DNA of 64,000 nucleotides from an uncultured Actinomycetota bacterium (GTDB lineage: Bacteria > Actinomycetota > Actinomycetes > S36-B12 > UBA10799). The translations under genes were made by a program, and so were the position numbers. Shown piece by piece: positions 1-10,435 of this stretch (position 1 is the first letter of the stretch; the number at the start of each line of letters is the position of its first letter). The notes below the pieces were generated by a model. That model made no database searches and had not been told where the DNA came from. It saw nothing but the letters and a program-made list of their open reading frames with translations. The stretch covers positions 29,884 through 93,883 of the forward strand of contig CAVPGV010000011.1 in the NCBI GenBank assembly GCA_963704075.1, written 5' to 3'.

Positions 1-807
1 GTGCGGTTCGTGCGGCGGGATGCGGTCTCGGACAGCGAGGTGACGTGGCACCCGGGCCGGCCTCTGGATCCGACATCACTACAGGGCCTGGATGCGGTCG
101 TCCATCTGGCTGGGGCCGGAGTGGGCGACAAGCGCTGGACCGACGAGTACAAGCGCATCATCCGTTCGAGCCGGGTGGATGGCACCAGCACGATCGCCAC
201 ATCGATGGCTCTGGCCGTGGATTCCGGTGGACCACGAGCACTGGTGTGCGGTTCCGCGATCGGATACTACGGCGACACCGGTGCCCGGCCGACCGATGAG
301 ACCGGGCCGCAGGGGGCGGGTTTCCTGGCCGGTGTCGTGCGCGACTGGGAAGCCGCGGCTCAACCGGCGATCGACGCCGGGGTGCGGGTAGCCTTCGCGC
401 GCACGGGCTTGGTGGTGTCCTCCAAGGGCGGTGCGTGGCAGAAGTTGTTCCCCATCTTCAAGGCCGGTATCGGCGGGAAGCTGGGATCGGGCGACCAGTA
501 CTGGTCGGCGATCTCGCTGACCGACGAGGTGCGGGCCTTGTGCTGGTTGATCGACAACGAGATCAGCGGACCGGTCAACCTGGTCGGGCCGGATCCGCTG
601 CCGAACGCGGAGGTAACGAAGATCATGGGCGACGTGCTCAAGCGACCCACGATCGTCCCCGTCCCCGGATTCGCTCTCAAGATCGTGCTCGGGGAGTTCG
701 CCGAGGACACACTGGCCAGCCAGCGGATCGAACCGGCGGCCTTGTCCAAGTCCGGGTTCACGTGGCAACACCCGGACATCCGATCGATGATCGAGGCTGC
801 GCGCTGA
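1..807 (+). CDS. TIGR01777 family NAD-dependent epimerase/oxidoreductase (5' end truncated by window edge)
   Basis: Motifs DAVVHLAG, SRVDGT, GSAIGYYG, GGKLGSGDQYWS, GPVNL; usual position upstream of lipB. Confidence 0.92.
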   Translation: MRFVRRDAVSDSEVTWHPGRPLDPTSLQGLDAVVHLAGAGVGDKRWTDEYKRIIRSSRVDGTSTIATSMALAVDSGGPRALVCGSAIGYYGDTGARPTDETGPQGAGFLAGVVRDWEAAAQPAIDAGVRVAFARTGLVVSSKGGAWQKLFPIFKAGIGGKLGSGDQYWSAISLTDEVRALCWLIDNEISGPVNLVGPDPLPNAEVTKIMGDVLKRPTIVPVPGFALKIVLGEFAEDTLASQRIEPAALSKSGFTWQHPDIRSMIEAAR

Positions 808-837
808 GACAGGGCCGCGGCCCATCGCCCCGATGAT

Positions 838-933
838 GGTGGAGGTAGGCAGATAGGCACAGGGGTTGGGGTCGCGCGGCCCGATCGACTCCCACGGACG
901 TGCGTATGTCCACCGTCTGTACTCAGCTCCACC
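838..933. repeat. Imperfect inverted-repeat (REP-like) element
   Basis: GGTGGAG (838-844) pairs with CTCCACC (927-933); further partial pairing inside (GCAGA/TCTGT). Confidence 0.4.
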
Positions 934-959
934 GGGTGTTGCTGCACTGCCGAGCCCCA

Positions 960-1400
960 TCGGCGGCGTCTGGGCTTCAACTGGCCAGCGTCTGGCAGCC
1001 CAACAAGGCTTCAGACAGGTTCGCCAGCTGCAACAGGTCCCCGTTCTGGCGCCACGGGAATCCGTAGTTCCGACTGGCCGCGAGTCGAGGGGTGCCCTTG
1101 GAACGGGTCGTGGAGGTCCCAGCGGCTTCCCACATCGATGAGTACCACTCTGCCGACCTCGTCGAAGCCCACGGCGGACATCAGGTCCCCTACCCACAAC
1201 CCCGCCTGGTGGATGACACGCACCGCCTCGTGAATGCCACCGCACCTCGGTAGGCACGGTCCCGGTTGCCCGTGATGCAGCCCGATGCTGGCAGGGCCCA
1301 CCGACACGGCACGAAGTGGGCGAAGGTGGCTGTGCCGCACCTGGAGGAGGGACTGCAGCAAACGGTAAAGGCGGACATCGTGCTCGATCGTGGTCAGCAT
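960..1400 (-). pseudogene. Degraded remnant, possibly of a DUF559/AbiEi-associated endonuclease-like gene
   Basis: Broken ORFs in different frames with atypical codon usage; VGDLMSAVGFDEVGRVVLIDVG and CCSWRTCLKPCWAARR loosely resemble the C-terminal segments of that family. Confidence 0.3.
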
Positions 1401-1491
1401 TGATCCAGACTGCCGCGCTTTCGGCGTCCACAAGGAGTTGTCCACATCCGGCGGCGGGCATGGATCCGCGACCCATGCCTACCCTTGATGC

Positions 1492-2136
1492 GTGTCGTCA
1501 TCGCTGAACCACCTGCAGGTGCGCCACGTGGGCCGGGTCCCCTTCCTGGAAGCCTGGGAATTGCAGCGCGAGATCCACGCCGCGGTGGTAGATGGGGACA
1601 TGCCCGACACCCTGCTGCTTCTGGAACACGATCCCGTGTACACCGCAGGGCGCAGAACACAGCCCGAGGACCGGCCGCTGGACGGCACCCCCGTGATCGA
1701 GGTCGACCGCGGTGGCCGGATCACCTGGCACGGACCCGGCCAATTGGTCGGATATCCGATCCTGCATCTGCCTCAGCCCATGGATGTCGTGGGCTATGTG
1801 CGGCGGCTCGAAGAACTCCTGATCATCACCTCGAAGAGATTCGGGGTCACCGGCGAGCGGGTTTCAGGTCGCAGTGGGGTGTGGGTGCAGCACACACCCG
1901 CGCGCAAGATCGCCGCGATCGGCGTGCGCGTCGCCAAGGGCGTCACCATGCACGGCTTCGCTCTCAACGTGGACTGCGACCTTTCGGCGTACGACCGCAT
2001 CGTGCCCTGCGGCATCCGCGACGCGGAGGTCACGTCCCTGCGCCACGAGACCGGTCAGGACGTGTCGGTGGACGAGGTCGCCGCGGAAGTCAGCGCGCTG
2101 GCCGGGATCCTGCAGGCGCGGGAGGCGCCGGCGTGA
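1492..2136 (+). CDS. lipB: Lipoyl(octanoyl) transferase
   Basis: [52 protein letters not shown]. Confidence 0.97.
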   Translation: MSSSLNHLQVRHVGRVPFLEAWELQREIHAAVVDGDMPDTLLLLEHDPVYTAGRRTQPEDRPLDGTPVIEVDRGGRITWHGPGQLVGYPILHLPQPMDVVGYVRRLEELLIITSKRFGVTGERVSGRSGVWVQHTPARKIAAIGVRVAKGVTMHGFALNVDCDLSAYDRIVPCGIRDAEVTSLRHETGQDVSVDEVAAEVSALAGILQAREAPA

Positions 2137-3029
2137 GGGTGCTCGGGATCCTCCTGGCAGCGCTGGTCTGGATCTCCTGCTGGCTGATCGCACCCGCGTC
2201 GTGGTGGCTCAACGAGACCATCCTGGACGAACAGGCCTTCGCCGCTTCCATGCAGGAAGTCCTACAGATCGAGGACGTGGACACCGAGATCACCAACCGT
2301 GCCACGGCACAAGTGATGGCCGACGCCCGGGCTTTCGTGGACCGCACGGTACCGCTGTTCTCGACCCAGGTAGACGCCCTGCTCGACCGGGCGGAGCCGA
2401 CGATCCAAGGCTTGGTCAATCAGGCCGTGAACTCCCAGCCCGGTGAGCGCGTGATGCTGGGGCTGGCCGCAGAGGTCCACAACACGTTCCTCGCCTGGCT
2501 CGACGAGGACACCCTGGGCAGGCCCGGCCTGCAGGCCGATCTCTCACAGGGCCGGGCGGTTCTCGACGTCGACGAGTTGCTGGCCGGGCAGACCGTCCAG
2601 CTCGGCCCGCTGGCGATCCCGCTGGACGCATTGAACCTGCCCGGCCTGCAGGTGCCCGTGCCACTGCCCCCGGACTGGATGCGACTGCCGGTGAACCTGC
2701 TCCGGTCGGCCTTCCTGCCCGCCGTGATCGGCATCGTCGTGGCCACCGCGGCGCTGATCGCCCTCGACCGCGGCCGGACGCGGGCGCTGGCCGTCGTCTC
2801 GGGTCTCACCGCCATCGTCTGCGCCATCGCCGTCGCGGTCATCCAGTCGTCGTGGACCCTCACCGGCGCCGACTCCGCGGAGTGGACGATCACCCGTGCG
2901 ATCGGGGAGTTGATGGTGCGGCCCTGGGTCACCGCCTACCTGTACGTCATCGCAGGGATGCTGTTCGTCACCATCGCTGGTCTGCTGTGGGACCGTCACC
3001 GTCTGGTCGCCGACCAGCATCGCGCGTAG
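2133..3029 (+). CDS. Hypothetical integral membrane protein
   Basis: GTG overlaps the lipB stop (GTGA); one N-terminal TM helix, a soluble domain, about 3 C-terminal TM helices; good high-GC codon usage. Confidence 0.8.
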   Translation: MRVLGILLAALVWISCWLIAPASWWLNETILDEQAFAASMQEVLQIEDVDTEITNRATAQVMADARAFVDRTVPLFSTQVDALLDRAEPTIQGLVNQAVNSQPGERVMLGLAAEVHNTFLAWLDEDTLGRPGLQADLSQGRAVLDVDELLAGQTVQLGPLAIPLDALNLPGLQVPVPLPPDWMRLPVNLLRSAFLPAVIGIVVATAALIALDRGRTRALAVVSGLTAIVCAIAVAVIQSSWTLTGADSAEWTITRAIGELMVRPWVTAYLYVIAGMLFVTIAGLLWDRHRLVADQHRA

Positions 3030-3038
3030 GCTTGCGGC

Positions 3039-3986
3039 ATGGCGACACCCACTGCTGACGGCCGCAAACTGCTGCGTCTGGAGGTGCGCAACGCTCAGAC
3101 CCCGATCGAGCGCAAACCGCCGTGGATCAAGACCCGCGCGGTCATGGGCCCGGAGTATCACGAATTGCGCAAGACCGTCTCGGACGGCGGTCTGCACACC
3201 GTGTGCCAGGAAGCCGGGTGCCCCAACATCTACGAGTGCTGGGAGGACAGAGAGGCCACCTTCCTCATCGGTGGGGATCAATGCACCCGGCGCTGCGACT
3301 TCTGCCAGATCGACACCGGCCGTCCGGAGCCGCTCGACACCAGCGAACCGGTGAAGGTTGCGCAGACGGTCGCCCAGATGGGGCTCCGCTACGCGACCGT
3401 CACCGGCGTGGCCCGCGACGACCTGCCGGACCAGGGCGCGTGGCTCTACGCGCAGACCGTCCGGGAGATCCACGCGGCGGTGGCCGGGTGCGGCGTCGAG
3501 GTGCTGATCCCCGACTTCAACGGTGAGCCGGAATTCCTGGCGCAGGTCTTCGATGCCGCACCCGAGGTCCTCGCCCACAACGTCGAGACGGTGCCGCGCC
3601 TGATGAAGCGCATCCGCCCGGCCTTCCGGTACGAACGCTCCTTGGACGTGCTGACGCAGGCCCGTGCCGCCGGGCTGGTCACCAAGTCGAACCTGATCCT
3701 CGGGATGGGCGAGACGATCGACGAGGTGCGCTCGACCATGCAGGACCTTCACGAAGCGGGCTGCGACCTGTTGACCATCACGCAGTACCTGCGGCCCACT
3801 GTGCGCCACCACCCCGTGACCCGATGGGTGGAACCTGCCGAATTCGACGATCTGGCGGAGGTCGCCGAGGAGATCGGTTTCCTGGGTGTCATGAGCGGGC
3901 CCCTGGTGCGATCGAGCTACCGCGCGGGCAGGCTCTACCGGCAGGCCGTCGCCGCGCGCGTCGGAGCCGGCCCGGCGACCACGTAG
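3039..3986 (+). CDS. lipA: Lipoyl synthase
   Basis: [12 protein letters not shown] and CTRRCDFC iron-sulfur motifs; RSSY motif. Confidence 0.98.
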   Translation: MATPTADGRKLLRLEVRNAQTPIERKPPWIKTRAVMGPEYHELRKTVSDGGLHTVCQEAGCPNIYECWEDREATFLIGGDQCTRRCDFCQIDTGRPEPLDTSEPVKVAQTVAQMGLRYATVTGVARDDLPDQGAWLYAQTVREIHAAVAGCGVEVLIPDFNGEPEFLAQVFDAAPEVLAHNVETVPRLMKRIRPAFRYERSLDVLTQARAAGLVTKSNLILGMGETIDEVRSTMQDLHEAGCDLLTITQYLRPTVRHHPVTRWVEPAEFDDLAEVAEEIGFLGVMSGPLVRSSYRAGRLYRQAVAARVGAGPATT

Positions 3987-3995
3987 GCTTGGCCC

Positions 3996-4667
3996 ATGGC
4001 ACGCAAGGACGGTAAACCCGGGCGTCTGGCACAGATCCGCCAGACCTACCAGATGACCAAGAGTTCGGATCCGCGGATCGGTTGGATCCTGCTCGGGTGG
4101 TTCCTACTCCCGCTGGCGATCTCCGTTGTCGTGAGCCTGCTTCTGAACAACTGGTGGCTGGTACCCCTGGGATTCACCACCGGGTTGCTCATCGCAGCCA
4201 TCGTGCTGGGTCGGCGCGCCGAACGAGCCGCCTACGCGCAGATCGAGGGACAGCCCGGAGCCGCAGCCGCCGTGCTGAACACTCTGGGCAAGGGGTGGTT
4301 CGTCACCCCGGCCGTCGCGGTCACCAAGAACCAGGACATCGTGCACCGGGTCATCGGACGTCCGGGAGTGATCCTGGTCGGCGAGGGAACCGGTTCCCGG
4401 ATCACCAACGCCTTGCGCAGCGAGCGGCAGCGGGAGTCACGCTTCGTCCCCGACGTCGAGTTCCACGAGATCGTGATGGGTCGCGACGAGGGCCAGGTTC
4501 CCATCGGCTCGATCGTGAAGACCGTCAAGAAGATGGAAAAGACCCTGACCCCCGGTCAAGTCACCGAGGTCCGCCGTCGGCTCGAGGCACTGACGAATTC
4601 TCCGCTGCCCATGCCGAAGGGACCCATTCCCAAGTCCACGCGGGCGATGCGGCCACCCCGTAGGTAG
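3996..4667 (+). CDS. DUF4191 family membrane protein
   Basis: QIEGQPGAA, VHRVIGRPGVILVGEG, MPKGPIP; conserved position after lipA. Confidence 0.9.
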   Translation: MARKDGKPGRLAQIRQTYQMTKSSDPRIGWILLGWFLLPLAISVVVSLLLNNWWLVPLGFTTGLLIAAIVLGRRAERAAYAQIEGQPGAAAAVLNTLGKGWFVTPAVAVTKNQDIVHRVIGRPGVILVGEGTGSRITNALRSERQRESRFVPDVEFHEIVMGRDEGQVPIGSIVKTVKKMEKTLTPGQVTEVRRRLEALTNSPLPMPKGPIPKSTRAMRPPRR

Positions 4668-4748
4668 AGGTTTCACGCGGATTGTTGCTTGAGACCAACG
4701 GCCGCCCTGACCCACCGTCAGGCAAGAGTCGGGGTGGCGCAACCTCTA
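4665..4748. repeat. Short element with terminal inverted repeats (REP/MITE-like)
   Basis: TAGAGGTT (4665-4672) ... AACCTCTA (4741-4748); internal CCTGAC/GTCAGG hairpin. Confidence 0.55.
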
Positions 4749-4818
4749 ACGGATTCCCACATCAGGAACCGACGTGCCGAGACGGCCAGGTCGGCACATT
4801 CGTGCCGATACAGCGCCG

Positions 4819-5313
4819 TCAAACGCTCTGGACGTGACCCATTCGCACCGCCACCGAACCGGCGACCTTGTCGTGCAGTCCGCGCTGATCCCGGTCGAAG
4901 ACCAGTGGCGGCACCACCAGGCACAACAGCAGAGTGCGCAGGGCGCTGCGTAAGGGGTCGAGGCGGCCGTGGGCCAGACTGATCACCCGGATGCCCAGGA
5001 TCCGCTGACCGAAGCTCGACCCCATCAGTGCGGTCAACAGCGACACTTCGACGAAGAAGATGACCAGCGGCAGGAACGCGGGCGGCTGTCCGGAACTGAT
5101 GAGATTGGCGATCAGCAAGCAGGCGAGCCAGTCGATGGTCAGTGCGACGAACCGGCGGGTGAATCCGGCAACCGATCCCGGCCCGGATTCGGGCAGTCCC
5201 AGCCGCTGGCCCTTGTACCCGAAGTCGTAGCCCTGGTCCTCGAGGCTGGCGCGGGGGCCTTCGAGCCAGCCCGCGACGTCCCGCCGACTGAAGTCCCTGC
5301 TCTTGTCGCTCAC
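4819..5313 (-). CDS. RDD family membrane protein
   Basis: GQRLGLPESGPGSVAGFTRRFVALTIDW ... DRDQRGLHDK. Confidence 0.93.
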   Translation of the reverse strand: MSDKSRDFSRRDVAGWLEGPRASLEDQGYDFGYKGQRLGLPESGPGSVAGFTRRFVALTIDWLACLLIANLISSGQPPAFLPLVIFFVEVSLLTALMGSSFGQRILGIRVISLAHGRLDPLRSALRTLLLCLVVPPLVFDRDQRGLHDKVAGSVAVRMGHVQSV

Positions 5314-5636
5314 GTGGTCACGGTAACCCGACTCGGGCGAGCGGGCAGCACGTACTCCTCGGCGCATGCCAGCAGAAGGCCACCGACCACCCCGTCGTCG
5401 CACCCCTGTGCGACGTGCCCCCGACTGGCAACGGTGTCCAGGTGGTCCGTTTCAGGATTCGGCCCGGCCCAAAGATCGTCTCCGTACGATCTCCTGAGAA
5501 AGAGCCCGGAACTACCACCGCGACCCCCCTGTTCGCTGAAATAGTCGAGAAGAATGTGCCGAACAACGTTTTCCGCAGCCTTTGTGGCATGTACGATCAC
5601 GAAATAGTCCCAGGCACAGGACAGGAGAAACCGCAA

Positions 5637-7115
5637 ATGGTCGCAGGCCAATGGATCGCCGGCAAGGCGGTAGCAGGTTCGGGGGACCCTCTGGACATTC
5701 TCAACCCCGCCACGGGTGAGGTGGTCGACACCGTCACCCTGGCCACCGCCGGCGATGTGGACGCAGCCGTCGCGGCCGCCAAGGCCGCATTCCAGGGGTG
5801 GTCGACCGCCACCCCCGCCGAACGCAGCACCGTCCTGCACGACCTCGCCGCCAGGATGTCCGCACGTGCTGAGGAGTACGTGCGCATCGAGTCCGCCCAG
5901 GCCGGCAAGCCGATCCGCCTCGCCCGCGAGTTCGACGTACCGGGCTCCATCGACAACGCAGAGTTCTTCGCCGGCGCCGCCCGCCACCTGCAAGGGTCGG
6001 CCGCTGCCGAATGGGACGGCACGCACACCTCGACAGTGCGCCGCGAGGCCGTCGGCGTCGTCGGGTCGATCGCCCCTTGGAACTACCCCTTGCAGATGGC
6101 GATGTGGAAGATGCTGCCGGCCGTCGCGGCGGGCAACACCATCGTGCTCAAACCCAGCGAACTGACTCCCCTGACCACTCTCATGCTGGCCGAGGACGCG
6201 ACCGCCGCCGGCATGCCCGACGGCGTGTTCAACGTGGTCACCGGCACCGGTCCGGTGGCCGGTGAGGCTCTGATCGGGCATCCGGACGTGCGGATGATCT
6301 CCTTCACCGGGTCCACCCGCGTGGGACATCGGGTGGCGGAGGTCGCCACCGCCGGGCTGAAGCGACTGCATCTCGAACTCGGCGGCAAGGCCCCGTTCGT
6401 GGTGTTCGAGGACGCCGACCTCGAGGCCGCTATCCAGGGTGCGGTGGCGGCGAGCCTGATCAACACCGGGCAGGACTGCACCGCGGCCACCCGTGCCTAC
6501 GTGCACCGCAGCCTGTACGAGGACTTCGTCGACGGGGTCGCCACGGTGATGCGCGACGTGGTCCTCGGCGATACCTCGCAGGACTCCACCGACATCGGTC
6601 CGCTGATCAGTGCCGCACAGCAGCAGAAAGTCGCGGCCATGGTCGAACGTGCGGTGGCCGACGGGGCGAAGATCGCCTGCGGCGGTTCGATCCCGCAGTC
6701 CCCCGGCTCGTTCTACGCCCCGACACTGGTCACCGACGCCGCTCAGGACTCCGAGATCGTGCAAGAAGAGGTCTTCGGGCCGGTCCTGGTCGCCCTGCCG
6801 TTCGACGACGACGACGAGGCGATCCGCTTGGCCAATGACACGCCCTACGGCCTGGCCGCGTCGGCCTGGACCACCGATGTGGTGCGCGCTCACAGGGCCA
6901 GCCGGGAGATCCAGGCCGGCTGCGTGTGGATCAACGACCACATCCCGATCGTGTCCGAGATGCCCCACGGCGGGTTCAAACAATCGGGCTTCGGCAAGGA
7001 CATGAGCATGTACTCCTTCGAGGAGTACACCCAGGTCAAACACGTCAGCATGGACATCACGGGGGAAAGCCACAAGCCGTGGCATCGCACAATCTTCGCC
7101 GAGCAGCACGACTGA
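5637..7115 (+). CDS. Gamma-aminobutyraldehyde dehydrogenase (PatD/YdcW-like ALDH)
   Basis: PWNYP, FTGS, LELGGK, GQDCTAA, EEVFGP; RBS AGGAG upstream; first gene of the polyamine operon. Confidence 0.9.
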   Translation: MVAGQWIAGKAVAGSGDPLDILNPATGEVVDTVTLATAGDVDAAVAAAKAAFQGWSTATPAERSTVLHDLAARMSARAEEYVRIESAQAGKPIRLAREFDVPGSIDNAEFFAGAARHLQGSAAAEWDGTHTSTVRREAVGVVGSIAPWNYPLQMAMWKMLPAVAAGNTIVLKPSELTPLTTLMLAEDATAAGMPDGVFNVVTGTGPVAGEALIGHPDVRMISFTGSTRVGHRVAEVATAGLKRLHLELGGKAPFVVFEDADLEAAIQGAVAASLINTGQDCTAATRAYVHRSLYEDFVDGVATVMRDVVLGDTSQDSTDIGPLISAAQQQKVAAMVERAVADGAKIACGGSIPQSPGSFYAPTLVTDAAQDSEIVQEEVFGPVLVALPFDDDDEAIRLANDTPYGLAASAWTTDVVRAHRASREIQAGCVWINDHIPIVSEMPHGGFKQSGFGKDMSMYSFEEYTQVKHVSMDITGESHKPWHRTIFAEQHD

Positions 7116-7156
7116 CCACTAAGGTAATGCCCAACAACTCCCAGGGAGATCGAAAA

Positions 7157-8353
7157 GTGACCGCCAAACACCCAGACCCCAAGATCGAGTTCCTCCGTCA
7201 AGCGATGTCCCGCCGGGGCTTCCTCGGAGCCGTGGGCGCGACCGGCGCAGCAGCCGCGCTCGCCGCGTGCGGCACCGGAGGATCCACCTCGGGTGACACC
7301 ACCGGGGGCGACAGCGGCGGGGGTGACAACAAGACCATCACGTGGGCCAACTGGACCCTCTATCTGGACTACGACGAGGAGTCGCGCACCTTCCCGACCC
7401 TCGTGGCCTTCGAGGAGGAGACCGGCTACACCGTCGAGTACCGCGAGGACATCGACGACAACGTCACCTTCAACGGCAAGGTCGCTCCGCAGCTGGCCAA
7501 CGGCCAGAACATCGGCTACGACCTGGTGACGCCCACCGACTGGCTCGTCGCGGAGTGGATCGCCAAGGGCTTCGCCGCCGAGATCGATGCGGCGAACGTG
7601 CCGAACAAGTCCAACATCCTGCCGGCCCTCAACGACGTCGAATTCGACCCGGGCCGCCAGTACTCGCTGACCTGGCAGTCCGGCTTCGGCGGCCTGGCCT
7701 GGAACAAGGAGCGGGTTCCCAACGGCCTGAACTCCGTGGACGACCTGTGGGCGCCTGAGCTGAAGGGCAAGGTCGTCGTGCTCTCGGAGATGCGCGACAC
7801 CGTCGGCCTGATCATGATGAGCCAAGGTGTGGCCATCGACCAGCCGTTCACCGAGGAGCAGTTCAACGCCGCGCTGGCCGTCCTGCAGGAGCAGGTCGAC
7901 TCCGGTCAGGTCAAGCAGGTCAAGGGCAACTCCTACAAGGAGGACCTGATCAACGAGCAGGCCTGGGCGGCCATCGGCTGGTCGGGCGACATCTTCCAGA
8001 TCAACGCCGAAGAGGGCGACAAGTGGGACTTCGCGCTGCCCGACACCGGCGGCACCCTGTGGTCGGACAACCTGCTGATCCCGACGACCGCGACCAACAA
8101 GGCCGGCGCCGAGGCGCTCATGGACTACTACTACCGCCCGGACGTGGCCGCCCAGGTCGCTGCGTACGTCAACTACGTGTGCCCGGTGCAGGGTGCGCAG
8201 GAGGAGATGCAGAAGATCGACCCGGAACTGGCCCAGAGCGAGTGGATCTTCCCGACCGACGCGATCCTGAGCAACGCGCAGGTCTTCCGGCCGCTCACGC
8301 CCGAAGAACAGGCCGCCTACTCCGAGGCCTTCGGCCGAGTGATCCAGGGCTGA
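7157..8353 (+). CDS. potD: Spermidine/putrescine ABC transporter substrate-binding lipoprotein (Tat)
   Basis: Tat motif SRRGFLG, lipobox LAAC, NWTLYLD, WSGD, GGTLWSDN. Confidence 0.9.
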   Translation: MTAKHPDPKIEFLRQAMSRRGFLGAVGATGAAAALAACGTGGSTSGDTTGGDSGGGDNKTITWANWTLYLDYDEESRTFPTLVAFEEETGYTVEYREDIDDNVTFNGKVAPQLANGQNIGYDLVTPTDWLVAEWIAKGFAAEIDAANVPNKSNILPALNDVEFDPGRQYSLTWQSGFGGLAWNKERVPNGLNSVDDLWAPELKGKVVVLSEMRDTVGLIMMSQGVAIDQPFTEEQFNAALAVLQEQVDSGQVKQVKGNSYKEDLINEQAWAAIGWSGDIFQINAEEGDKWDFALPDTGGTLWSDNLLIPTTATNKAGAEALMDYYYRPDVAAQVAAYVNYVCPVQGAQEEMQKIDPELAQSEWIFPTDAILSNAQVFRPLTPEEQAAYSEAFGRVIQG

Positions 8354-8354
8354 C

Positions 8355-9517
8355 ATGGCTAAGCGCGACATCACGCAGGCAGAAGGCGACCTGTTCCTGC
8401 AGAACCTCACCAAGTCCTTCGGGGACTTCAAGGCCGTCAACGATCTGTCGTTGCAGGTGCCGCAGGGCTCGTTCTTCGCCCTGCTCGGGCCCTCCGGCTG
8501 CGGCAAGACGACCACTCTGCGGATGGTGGCGGGTCTGGAGGATCCCACGGCCGGCACCATCCGCATCGGTGACGCCGACATCACCTACGCCAAGCCGTAC
8601 TCCCGTCCGGTGAACACGGTCTTCCAGAACTACGCCCTGTTCCCGCACATGGACATCTTCGAGAACGTGGCGTTCGGGTTGAAACGACGCGGGCGTCAAG
8701 GACACGCAGAAGCAGGTCGAGGACGCTCTGGAACTCATCCAGTTGTCCTCGGTGGCCAAGCGCAAGCCGACCCAGTTGTCCGGTGGGCAGCAGCAGCGGG
8801 TGGCCCTGGCCCGGGCGATCGTCAACCGCCCGGCGGTGCTCCTGCTCGACGAACCGCTGGGCGCCTTGGACCTCAAACTGCGCCGCCAGATGCAGTTGGA
8901 GCTCAAGCGCATCCAGACCGAGGTCGGGTCTGACGTTCATCCACGTGACACACGACCAGGAGGAGGCCATGACCATGGCCGACACCGTGGCGGTGATGAA
9001 CGAGGGTGTCATCGAGCAGATGGGACCACCCACCGAACTGTACGAGTCGCCGAAGACGGCATTCGTGGCCAACTTCCTCGGCCAGTCGAACCTGTTCCCG
9101 GCCAAGGTGGTCGAACTGACCGGCGAGGACCTGATCCTGGAGGACATCCGACGGGCGATTCATCATGCCCATGAACCGGGTCTCCGACCGGGTGGCCACA
9201 ACGGCCGGAACCCAGGTGCTCGTCGGGGTGCGGCCGGAGAAGATCTCGATCGAACGACTGTCCGAGGCCGGGGATACCCCCGACGCACGGCAACTTCGTC
9301 GACGGTGACGTGCACGAGCATGAGCTTCCTGGGGGTCAGCACGCAGTACGAGGTGCGCACCAAGGGCGGCGACATGATCAACGTCTTCGCGCAGAACCTC
9401 GACGTGCACAACGTCCTGCCCCCGGGCACCGAGGTGCGCCTCACCTGGCTGCCCCACCACGGCTTCGTGCTCGGCGGCAGCGAGGACATCCACGCGGGCA
9501 TGGATCAGGCCGACTGA
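8355..9517 (+). CDS. potA: Polyamine ABC transporter ATP-binding protein (several frameshifts)
   Basis: [38 protein letters not shown] and HVTHDQEEA lie in three different frames. Confidence 0.88.
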
Positions 9518-10435
9518 TGTCCGTCGCAGCAGCCATCGGCGACACACTCAACGAAGAACACAAGCCGGAACCGCCTCAATCGCAGGGGCAAGTTCGTCCC
9601 CTACCTGTTGATGCTTCCCGGCCTTCTGTGGCTGGCGATCTTCTTCGTCGTTCCGATCGCGTCGTTGTTCCTGACCAGCCTGCAGACTCCGGTCCCGGGT
9701 GGTCAGGTCGGCGAGTTCGAGCAGACGTTCAACTTCGCGAACTACGTCGACACACTGACCGACAGCACCTACTACATCCCGCTGATCCGGTCGTTCGTGT
9801 ACTCCGGGATCGCAACGCTGCTCGCGCTGGCCATCGGCTATCCGTTGGCGTACGCGATCGCGTTCAAGTCGGGCAAGAACCGCAACCTGCTGCTCGTCAT
9901 GGTGATCGCGCCGTTCTTCGTATCGTTCATCCTGCGCACCATCGCCTGGCGGCAGATCCTCGCCGACGAGGGTTTCGTCGTCGGGATCCTGCGCTCCGTG
10001 GGTCTGATCGGGGAGACCGGTGGACTGTATCCGTCCGCCTTCGCGGTGATCATGGGTCTGACGTACAACTTCCTGCCGTTCATGACTCTGCCGATCTACG
10101 CGAGTCTCGAGCGGGTCGATCCGCGGCTGATCGAGGCATCGGGCGACCTGTACGCGCATCCGTTCACCGGTTTCCGCAAGGTGACGTTCCCGCTGTCCAT
10201 GCCCGGCGTCGTGGCCGGCACCCTGCTCACTTTCATCCCCGCCGCCGGTGACTACGTCAATGCGGCCCTGCTGGGCAGACCGTCGAACACCATGATCGGT
10301 AACCGCATCGAGTTCACCTTCCTGAGTGTCAACGACTACCCGACGGCCGCTGTGCTGTCGTTCATCCTCATGGCGTGCATCCTGGCGATGGTCCTGGTCT
10401 ATGTCCGCCGCGTGGGAACGGAGGACCTGGTATGA
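9517..10435 (+). CDS. potB: Polyamine ABC transporter permease (frameshift near 9590)
   Basis: IGYPLAY, LIEASGDL..PFTGFRKVTFPLSMPG (EAA loop); ATG overlaps the potA stop. Confidence 0.88.

Noticed and set aside
1424-1446. oriC suggested by DnaA boxes
   Set aside because: Only one perfect and one degenerate box; no dnaA/dnaN and no AT-rich unwinding element.
5310-8584. Long antisense ORFs (also 22147-23586, 38272-39654, 49998-51386)
   Set aside because: Shadow ORFs typical of high-GC coding DNA opposite well-supported genes.
8690-9300. Programmed ribosomal frameshifting in potA
   Set aside because: Several shifts without slippery sites; the same indel pattern appears across the window.
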